Positions 53,201-64,000 of a stretch of DNA of 64,000 nucleotides are shown here, piece after piece (the stretch's first letter is position 1; each line of letters begins with the position of its first letter). The notes under the pieces are model-generated. The model was not told the DNA's origin and ran no database searches. It saw nothing but the letters and a program-made list of their open reading frames with translations. A program made the translations under genes and the position numbers. The DNA is from Lytechinus pictus (taxonomy: Eukaryota): contig NC_087245.1 of assembly GCF_037042905.1 (NCBI RefSeq), positions 15,936,001 to 16,000,000 on the forward strand, written 5' to 3'.

Positions 53201-56200
53201 AATTAATCAAGAGGAGAAGATGATTACTACAAGGGGTGACAGTAATTCCACAAATCCCACAAATTGAGAGTGTCATCAAACCAGAATATTTTCAATGGTC
53301 TTCTGAAATCTTGACGCCTGGGGACTGTCCTGTGCACGTTGTCTGGCTATATGTAATAAAGAATCGAAGTCAACATGGTCTTGAATGAAAAAGGGGAATA
53401 TAGGAGCACGATGAAAAGAGATGGGGAACTAACTAGAACATGCATAATTAAGCAAATCGATGGAATATGGATAGAACGTAACAATAAACCGTAGACACCA
53501 TGTTGCCAAAAACAGATCAGGAAGCGGTTTGACTTAAACCAAACATGCAAGGGAAACTGGTAGAGCTAAGAATAGTATATTAAAATAGTATATCAAAATA
53601 TCACTTGTCTTAGGGTAGATACTTAAAACAAAGAAGTCACCGGAAGCGTCTACAATTAAATGTTAAATGTACATGATGTAAGAGGCACAGTTCACATCCC
53701 GAAAAACACATTTGCCATAGTGCTTTCTGCTGCAGACGGAGGCAATATATCTATATGAATCCCAATCCAGTAGGGTATATTATTCTCTAGGAGAAAAGTA
53801 TCATCCATTTCTCTCTCCGGAAACCTTTTAAAGACGCCGACAAGTTAACTGATAAACAATGCGAGGTACGCAATACCAAACTCTTACGAAGACGTCTCCA
53901 TTTTGTGTGCAAGGTATATTCGAATTGATTGCATTGCATTTGTATTTTCAAGGTTGCGGAGAGCGAGAATGGCAATATGTCTTTACACTAAAACGAAATA
54001 TAAGATATGATATAAGGAATATAGAGGGGAACAAAACATTGCAGGTAGATCTATAACAATTCATTCTTCAGACCTTGCAACCTCCATCAAAGGCGGTTGA
54101 GTTCAGTGATAGCGTTTGAAGTCTGCCGAAGCTTACGCCATAAGATATGAACCTGTTGAAAGTAATATGAATTACTTACGAGTACACGAATATATCAATT
54201 GCTTTTGAATCTAGTGCAACCTACTCGCCTGCTGTTTCTAGAAATCGAGAAATATTTGACCGACATCTTACTAAACCTGAATATGAATTGCATACATGAA
54301 TTTACCGCTCATAACAAATTGGATATATGAGGCTGATGTGCCGAAAATGCGAAAATTGCTGTTTTCGTAAACAGCGGCCATCCCTTGCCCTACATCTACG
54401 GCATTAATTTGACCTCATTTCGCTTTTATGATTTGGTATTTGGGCCGACCTAAATGAGGAAAATAGAGGAAAGTTAAGTCTTTGATGTAAAGTATACAAA
54501 CAAAAGTTTTCGCCTGTTATATACAAGTATACCTAAAAAAAAAACATCGAAACAACAAACCTAAAAATGTGTCAAGCGATGCGTTAATTAATTTTGTTTA
54601 GATAGTAAACGCTTAGCTAAGTCTGTTTCATTATGGAGATGAATATTAATTTGTTTCTTTAGCTTTAATGAAAATAAGCAATTAGCAAACATAGTCAATA
54701 TGATACTTTCAAAGGATAACGCAGGCTCGCCCAGAAGTAAACATATTTATCGCCTACATGACAGTGAATGTAGTGTACACACTGAGCACCAATGGTGTTG
54801 ATGTTTGCATGTCTGTCTTAATTATTGACTCTTGAATCCCAAATGTTTAGGAATTCCCGGCAATCATTTAAAGAGATTCAACTACTAAAAAGAATTGAAA
54901 TATTACTATTCGTTCTAAAGTCGGGGTTTTAAACAAAAATACGGTTCCAGTCTAAAAAGGATTACCGTGATCAATAGACCGGAAATGTCGGTGATTGAAT
55001 TGCATGGTGATTCCTAGTGGCTTTTCGCCCGCAAAACCACCATCTTTGGTTATCATGATGTGTTATGTTTTTCTTTATGGCCCTGTTTTCTGGATTTTAT
55101 GACAAAAGTGCTGATCTATCCCTGCACTCCTTAACCAACAAATATAAATACTTCTAACGAAAAGACTAAAGCAGGTCCCAGAATCCCTCTTAGCTTCTCC
55201 TACAAAATTAATGATCCTGATCATAATTTCCCTGGATAAATTACAAAAAAACACATTAAGAGAAAACGAACAAGAAAGGGATGTCTTAAATCTAAATATG
55301 CAGAATGGCCTTTCTTTCCCGAAGGCCAGGAAAATAAAAACATGTCTCGTTTCCCATTTTGATGTTACGAAGATTCTGTTTGTCGATCCTTCATGGTATA
55401 CAAACTATCATGAAAAGAAGAGACAGATCTTGGATGAGTATGTTTGCATAATGCATGTTCGTCCCAGTCTTGCCGATAGAGATATCTATTTTGACTCGTC
55501 AGTTTGTTTCAGCTGTCAGAATAAGATGTATATGCGTGGATATCAGAAGGAAAAGGGCCACACTTTTCCTTAATGATAAACTAAAAAAAAAAGCATACAG
55601 AGGAAGCTGATTTGTAACGGTTGTAAAATCAAAATGCTATTCTGGGAGGGGTCTGACCCGTAAATACAATTAATTACTGATGAATGTATTGTAGATAAAA
55701 AATAATATATTCCTCGAAAGTAACAAAAGAAGTTCAAACAGATGTAGACGAACTAACCAAAAATTATATTTAGAACATTCATCGAAATACAAGTGGGGTA
55801 ATCACCTCATTCATGTTTAATATGATTTTATTGTTATCATTATCAGACTGTATTCCATATATTAGTGTATTGATGCTGTTTTTATAGTCTACTTATCTAT
55901 TACATATACATTCCAACGCATAGCTAAGCAAAGCATGCATAAACACTTTCAAAGACCGAGGCTGTATCTAACTCCATTTAGCATGTTTAGGTTGGAGGGG
56001 TAATCTCATTTTGTGCTAGTCCTTCGAGATTTGAGAGAACACCTTTATCTAACCAGTCACTTATTCTTAACATTCCATACTTAGGTGAGCCAATATTTTG
56101 ACAGCCTTTTACCTAAGGCACAAATACAGTACTACCCCGACCCCCCCTCTCTCTCTCTTCTCTATCTTTTATGTTATTATTTCTCATTATTCACACGTCA

Positions 56201-59200
56201 TGACTTGTCCTTCTTTGATTAAAAAAAATCGTTCCCAATTTATAGCACATGCACTAGAATGACAATTTGGAATAAGTGAAATTTCTTCATAACTTCTGAT
56301 TTTGTGTCCTGGTACGGAAATATAAAAAGGGAATCGCGCGTTTACAATTGCCGTAATCATTTTCCACACAGAAACTTAAAAACAAGCAGAATTTTTTCGC
56401 GTAATTTCGTATGCACTATGACAAAAAAATGATGCAAAAAATATCTCGAGTTGTTTTCGTAAGAACTCAAAGTGGATGCGTCCACTCATATGCCCCTCTC
56501 AACCTAGTTCCAGTATGTCCATGGTTTTTATTTTTCCCGACATTCATTGTTCTTGAACGAGCCTGATAAGGGTCATTAAATGAGACACGATGACTGGTGT
56601 CAATTTACATGATCAGTGCCAGTTACAATTCTGAATATTTTGGTATAGATCTCTCTCCCCCTCTCTCTTCCCTCTCTCTCTCCATTCGTCTCAAGAGATT
56701 TCTCATGGCAACTCAATGTCGTTTTTCGTTTTTGTCAACACCAATATGTCATTTGGTTAGAATGAAAAATATCTTATCAGTCGGTCAAATTAATATACTG
56801 TTTATACATTCGGGATATATTTCTTAATCAAATTGATGCAATAAAAAGCTGCTACAAACTTTGTTGCGAACAAATGGGACCAGTTAGCCCTTGAAAGCAT
56901 AGCGCAAATGAAAAGAGGAATATAATAACATGAGCTAATGTGAGCTACGTGACATGTTCTAAGCTGGTGATGTTTGAAAATAGAAGAACAGGAATGTAAT
57001 AAAAATGTACGAATGAGGAGGAAGTGGTATCAATTGGAAGGTCGGTAACAACAATAATAGATAAAGATCTCTGTAAAAAAAAATGTCATCAATCCTTTAT
57101 TTAATGTAAGCATGGCAGGACCAACTGGGAGATTTCTTAATTTCTGAAAAACCACCTGTTTTATATTTACCCCCGCAAGTTCATTAACCACACGACCTCT
57201 AACCCCTAGCACAGTCACTGGCACAATTCACATGTTTAAATCTGTTGGATTTGCGAGATGAAAAAATCAATTTGGGGAAGCATTAATATTTTGATTTTGA
57301 CAAATTTCGGAAGCAATCAATCATCTCATAATAAAGTGCTACTGAAATCAAGACTTCGTGGGGATTTTTTTCTCTCATTCCGTTTCTCTTCTCTATTCTT
57401 CCAAGCGATTCACTCACACGCCTCACCCATTTATATTTGTACAGTATATTTTCTCTAGTGCATCAATCAAGATACGCATTCTCTTTATTATTTGCCATGA
57501 ACAAGATACAACCCATAGATTATCATACTACCAAACCACAACCCTGTCAACGAGCTTTCATATAAGGTGGCATCCTAAACAATTCTCATAATTGGCTTCT
57601 TAACGGTATGAATGAACCGTATACATCTCAATTGTGTTTGTATAGTGTGTCACTTCAAATAGAAGAAAAATAGTTCGATGTCGAACTGACAATGCTAGCC
57701 TTTCAGCTTAAGCCTGAATACGTTTACATTTGGGTGCGAATAATGCCTTTTAATATATTTTGGTGATGATCTTGGCAATCGGATCGGAAGTCGGTCCTTT
57801 TTACACTGATCTTATTCACACCGTCTCTCAAAAGTTCCACATTATTGATAGTCAGTTTTATTATTAGCCTACCCTTTCAAAGATTGTAATGCTTTATCTT
57901 CAAAAGTTTACTACCCTCAATTGTTGATTGATCCTGCCAATAATCTTTAAACTTGATTTTTTAATTCGACATTCTGGAATACTTATGTCGTTTGATCATT
58001 TTTATCACTGATTGCTTACTTCATAACTTGAGCCTTACACCGGCCCGGGGCACCTTCGGTTGGAGACGTGAAAAATGTATATTATAGTGAAACCCATCGT
58101 ATTCAATGTGTCAACCATTGAAAATGTTGGAAATGCGGTATCCATGGCAATCTCAGAAGTTCCATGAGAAAAAAAATACAAGGGAATAGTTAGGCCAGAA
58201 GGAATAGGGAGTTCCTTCAGCAACATTCCGACATCCAACATACAACATGTACAAAGAGCCACACTATATTTCAGATGCACCCTAACATCATCGGACAGCC
58301 GATCAGAATGCAACCCGAAACAACCTAGTCCCACATATGCATTAATTCTGATGAGTTTCGATCAAATTTCTTCCCCGCCTCCAAATACGCCCATCGGCAA
58401 TGCACATGTAATAACTGTCATCCAGGCCGCCGTGCCCTAGTTGTGACACGGTGTGGCGCAATACCTTTTGCCAAACAAAACAGAAGTAGATGGGGGAAGA
58501 TGAAAAGATGCACTCCGGGTGAGCATCCCTCTCTCCTCCTCACCCTCATCCTCTTGCAAAATCAAGTACTAGAGATACCCCGCGGGGGTAAAGAAAACCG
58601 AAGTAGAGGTAGAGGGATAAAGCCTCACCGTGTTGTTCAGGAAGCCGTTCCTTTCTTGATGTAAGATATAGGTACACCAATACCGCCCCTGTTGTTATTG
58701 GGTCTCAAGCCCGCCAGCTGCACCAAGAATCACTTACGGTGGAAAATGACAAAATAACACCCGCACACGCACTCAAATAATAAGGGATGAGCACATTTTC
58801 TTTTTTATAAGAGCGGATCTAATTAGCAATACTCACAAAAACAGAACACTATAAAACTAAAACGTGGCTAATATGTTTTTTGCAGTTTGGATATCCTTTC
58901 TGTTTTCACATTATCTTTATTTCATATTTTGTTTCATACGCGTTTACAAACAAGAGTTTTGTAAGTAAACGCTTTTTTTTTCTTCCAAACAACTTCTCAC
59001 AATTCATCTGGGCCATTATTATGGCAATCTTTAGCAATTACCACTTTGTAAAAAGCTCTTTTAAGTCATCAGCTCAAAGATTCTATCGTGCATTTTATTT
59101 ATCAATACTTCACACATCCGCATTCAAATAAATACTTGACTTACCGATATCATCAATGGTCGATAATGGTAACCATCATAATAGATGAGCAACTTCGAGA

Positions 59201-62200
59201 AAGACACATTCTATATTTTGAGAGTGACCATAATAAAATATTTTAATATATTGATATAAATAGCGACAAAGATAGATCTACCACCGCATGTATATGTCAT
59301 GTGTATTAGCAAACATTTAGCCACATTCCCTTTCTATCCATAATGTATTCAACTTCTGATACATTTAAATACCTCTCTCAAAGATAGCCAGGAGGCAAAA
59401 AATATGTATTTTTTTCATCAAATCAAACTCTTGGAAAGCACACGCAAGGGAGCTGGCTTTGGAAAGTGGGTTATCTTCCTACGGGCTTGCGTAGTAATGT
59501 GTTGTGCAGGTGGCCCGAAATACGAGACCGTTATTGACTTAAAATCGAACATGTTTTGCTCGAGAATAGAAGCCTATACTCACCATTTGCATGACATGCA
59601 TGAGGTTAGATGTAAGTTGATAGAAGGGGAAAGAGCGAGGTGGACATGGAAGGAATGGATTTGGGAAGATATAACAGTAAGGCTATTTTTGTGGTGAAAG
59701 CTTTGACTTTAATCATATTTTCTTTATTTATCTGATATCTTTTAAATGAGCAAAAGAACCAAAGATAAATCAGGAAAACAATAGTTCAATAGAATGCATT
59801 TGTGTACTCGGTAAAAAGTTGCTTTCATTTACCTGATGACTGATTACACCTTTCAACAATCGAATTTGAATAATTTACCCAACATAGTCATGCCATTGAC
59901 CTCGATGCTCCCCATACCCGCCCTTACATAGCTCTCGGTGTGCCTACACCGCAAACACACACGAAATAACGCACACTCACACAAAAAAACACGCAGACGC
60001 ACACGCCCACACATCGGCGACGAGCATGTAGTATATGAGAATGCACATCGCACACTCTCTACATGAATTCGTTGTGCGTCGGACAAGGGAGTTTCCAACT
60101 TGCCACATTTTGACAGGTTCTCTTTGTCCCGTTATGCTTCTCAAAGGGAGCACCTCCTAATGGGGAACGGGGGTCTTATTGAATAAAATCGATACAGCCT
60201 TTTTCAGATGTTTGGCATTCCTTATTGATTCTCGTTCTGCATGGTTTCAAACGGGATGGAACCCTGTCCTGACTTCGGCGGGTGGTCCCATATTGCATGT
60301 ATTATTCTTCAAGAATGAAAGTTCTCTTTGACAGATCATAAATACCAAGATTAATCATTCGGTCTTATAAGATAAATAATATGGCATTCGATTAAATTTC
60401 AGAAAATTAATTTATCAATTTGATTGTGTTCACAGATAATAATTTGCTCTCAGAAAGTTTAATTTGCATATCAATCATTGGTTTGTAGATTATGTCTAAA
60501 TTTGAAAAGAAAAAGGAATTTAGTACGTGATATTCTATATCCCTTGCAGTGCACGTTGATCAACTTGGTTGGTGACCACAGTGGATTTTGATTTAAAACT
60601 TGAATGTTTAAATTTAAAGTTCAAGGATATGAATTCAAATCATTGTAGATAACAAATCTAAATCTTTAGGATTCGAATCAAATCCAGGTTTTGACTCATC
60701 ACTAACCAAACCCGATCTGAATGTATTTCCACATGACTACAGGTTAGTTAAAGTATATGCAGGCTTGTCTTTTCTTAATTAACACTAAGAAAGTTCCACC
60801 CGTTAGAAACGAATATGTACCATCTATTACCAGGGTGAAGCAATTTCTACTTTGTCTACATTTCCATTAGCATTTAACGTGATATTGCAAGGCGATATAA
60901 CAGAATCAGCGATGCAGTTTGTCGACTTAATAAATTAGGTCTCCTTGTTGATGTAACAGAAAAGATTTGTAGCGTAGTACAAACGGAACTGAATAATAGT
61001 GACCTATGTTAAGGAGATTATTTTGGTAGAAAAGTATGGTATTTTGCTGTTATCTATTTCTAAATCACAAATCCATAAAAGAAGGAAAACAACAACCAAA
61101 ATTTGCTAAAGAGAACTCGGAGTGTGAGATTAAGTGTTTAAAGGAAGGATGTGGTCAAATGAAAAAGAAGACAAAATGCAACAGAGAAAATCTCATGAAT
61201 ATGTTATCGATCATGTAGCCGAAATGTAAGTTTATCCTATTTAAGCTACAACCACCGACACCTTAAAATTTGTGTTGTTATCAAATGACACATGGCCACC
61301 ACAAACGTCTGATAATGACAGGTAACATCCGTCCATCACACAGTTTAAGACTCCTGATAGATGCCTTACCCCAAAACGTTTCATCAACAATGATATGTTC
61401 CAGCCCATTATGTCACATTAAATTTAAATAAAAGGAGAATGTGTGTCATTCACTGTTTGTTATGTTTTGGCCAATACAATTATAGCAGCGCATTTGGGTC
61501 TCCTGAAAGGGGTTGGGGGTAATCATACGCCATAATTGCATTGTTATCAAACACATGTGAATGCGAGTATCATACCACATTGTCTTCCTATTCAATATAA
61601 TGACTCATGCCTAGTGGTTGTGCAAGTGAGTTTGAATATGTTTTCTCTCTCTCAACAGAATTCAATTTTACCCGATACGTTCTCGTGAATTCATCAAAAT
61701 TATTGGCGACGAGAAAGACACCTCGCGAAAGAGTCACTGACGCCGTGCTTCGTTACGAGCATTTATCTTCGCAGATCCCTACTTCTAATCTGATGTTTGG
61801 AAATCCATCTCTGCTTTTTTCCCTGCATTGTTCCCTTTGTAGGCTCAAAGTAGTGTTTTTTGCAAGATCCAAATGGTATTCATGTTTTGTGTCAGCTATC
61901 TTATGTCAGGCATCCATTGTCTCTGATGGGTGACAGGCGAGGGAAGAGGAGGGTGGGTGGAAGGATCAAAAGGCAGTCAAAGGAGCATCACAGTTTGGAA
62001 CTTGAAGTCAAGAAGAGCTTATAGGATCAGCGACTAACGCGACAAATAACCTATTGAAGGACCGGACAATGGGCATAATGACTGAATACATCAGGCCAAT
62101 TGGAGAACCCCCTTTGCATACCCCTAATCAGAAAGCGAAGGCAACCACTGCTGGAAGGTATGACCCCTCTCTGGAAGCCATCCTTAAGAGGTTTGACAAT

Positions 62201-64000
62201 AACCTGAGGAGAAGAAAGTGATCTGATCTCTCGCCTACCAATTATCACCTGTTTGATTATAGAGGTGGTGAACCCCTTGTCTCGACGCCAAAGCTTATCG
62301 CTGGCCACCCACTACCACTTCACCTCTCAAAACAGTGGGTACCATTCAATGGAGAGGCGCCACCCGGTAGTCATCCACTACTACTATCCATGAGCTAAAC
62401 GGTAGGGGGGTTATATGTGGTAAGAAGATTCGGGGATATATCTCTTGATATACCATGTCCTAGAATAGCAACCCATGTTTTGTTTTGGAAATAGTTCAAA
62501 ATAATTACGTAGCTTTGCACCAGGGGGGTAATTTACACACGACATGTCATGTTTTCGGGATTTTCTGCTTTTCGTTGCACACTATGGACAGCAGGTTGCC
62601 CTGGTACATTTTTTTTTCGAGTTACAGAACTAGTTTGAAAGGAATCGTAAACAAATTTGACAGATGAAATACAAACATACCATGGAATTTGGCAATTCAA
62701 TATATACTGTTTCAGATATCCATTTCTAAACTACAATGATTCGAGGACGGAAACCAATCATATTTATAACATAACCTATGACAAATTATCAAAACTATTC
62801 ACGGCATAGAATCTGAATTTTATTGTTGCTGTTTATTCTATTTGAAGAACCATGTATGGACATTTTACACGTTCCTCATCTAGAATATGTTGTCCAATAC
62901 ATTCAAATATTTTTGATCGACCTTTACCGATTTTATTTATCCACGTTACACAATCGACAAAAATGAATTTGAATTATCAAACATGAAGTGTCTGGATGTG
63001 GTTGCAAAACGTATGATGCTACTTTACCCCCAGACTAATAAAAAAAACATAAAACAGATTAAAAAAAAAAAAGTTTTAAACTTTATGAAATTCGTTGAAT
63101 TTTCATCACATTCTGCATTGATGTGAACTACCTAAAATGGCCAGAAAAAAGACAATCTGTGGATACTGTTTGGACATGATGGCTTCATCAATACTAAGAT
63201 AAGGACCGGATGCGATGATTTTCAAGCTCTCGGCCACTACCCTGTAACGGCTTTATATGCGAGTAAACGTTTTCATTTAGTCAATACGATTCCAAATTCA
63301 GTCCTTCGGGACGCACCAAGTACGTCAATATACATTCATGAAGATTTGTCTTCCCCAACGAGTGCCTAGCCAAGCACTTCAGCCACCATGCTTTTTACGA
63401 TAGGGGTTGCATGGAAGGGCATTCGGTTGGACAGGGTCAAAAGCCCATTATATGCCAGTAGACTACAGAATCACAAAGTAATGTTTGGGGAGACATCATG
63501 CATTTACATTTTCGACGAAAAGGTGTCCTCTTAAAGTGTGATCGAAATACCATGTTCCTAAATGGTGAAGGTCATTGTAAGGACGGTTCATCAGGGTCGA
63601 CGTCCGATGCACAAGATTCGAGGAGCTGTTGAAGACTTCGAAAAATAGTATGTCAACATGTCTCCCCCCCCCCCCCCCCCGCAAGACAAGGTGTCTGTGT
63701 AACGTAAATGGAGATAAATGAAGAATCATATAATGTTGGATATTGTTCAATACCGCATTGTATTTTGCTCTTAAAATGGCTTAACACAAGAAAGAACACA
63801 CGTCAGCTCCAAAGTTAAAGAGCGTACTTAATTTATCAATATGAGGAGAATTCGTTAGAGTTTATGAACATCGTTTAAACTGTCCCACAAAGTTTGACTT
63901 TTTTTCAATTTTATGCAATCAATGATAACATAGTGTCAACCCGACATCGATTTGACTTGAATGGAAGATTTGTATTGTATTACATATTCGTCTCTTCATT

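Noticed and set aside
1..64000. Prokaryotic-type systems (CRISPR arrays, operons, defence islands), rRNA or intact tRNA genes
   Set aside because: This is intron-rich eukaryotic DNA; I saw no spaced direct-repeat array, rRNA-like sequence or complete cloverleaf.

Overview
AT-rich eukaryotic (metazoan) genomic DNA. The repeat style (long poly-C/poly-G runs, TTAA-flanked and hAT-type MITEs, an L2/Crack LINE tail) suggests an invertebrate deuterostome such as a sea urchin; this is inference, not proven. The window holds one complete protein-coding gene on the minus strand: the BMP modulator crossveinless-2/BMPER. I reconstructed 15 coding exons (38993 down to 6764). All introns are GT-AG and all phases join into one 1851-nt ORF (616 aa): signal peptide, five vWC/chordin-like CR domains, a vWD domain with the GDPH autocleavage site and CGLCG motif, and a C8 domain. 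It appears to lack the vertebrate C-terminal TIL domain. A long AT-rich 3' UTR probably runs to about 3.1 kb, and about 25 kb of non-coding DNA lies upstream. Other features: a 5'-truncated L2/Crack LINE, a hAT-type MITE with 8-bp TSD, a TTAA-flanked Kolobok-like element and many microsatellites. Most ORFs in the supplied track are spurious. I found no evidence of a wholly new biological system. The best leads concern cv2 evolution and regulation: TIL loss or a relic last exon, a divergent BMP-binding clip, apparent excess of GGCGCC Smad-type sites, and uORFs.
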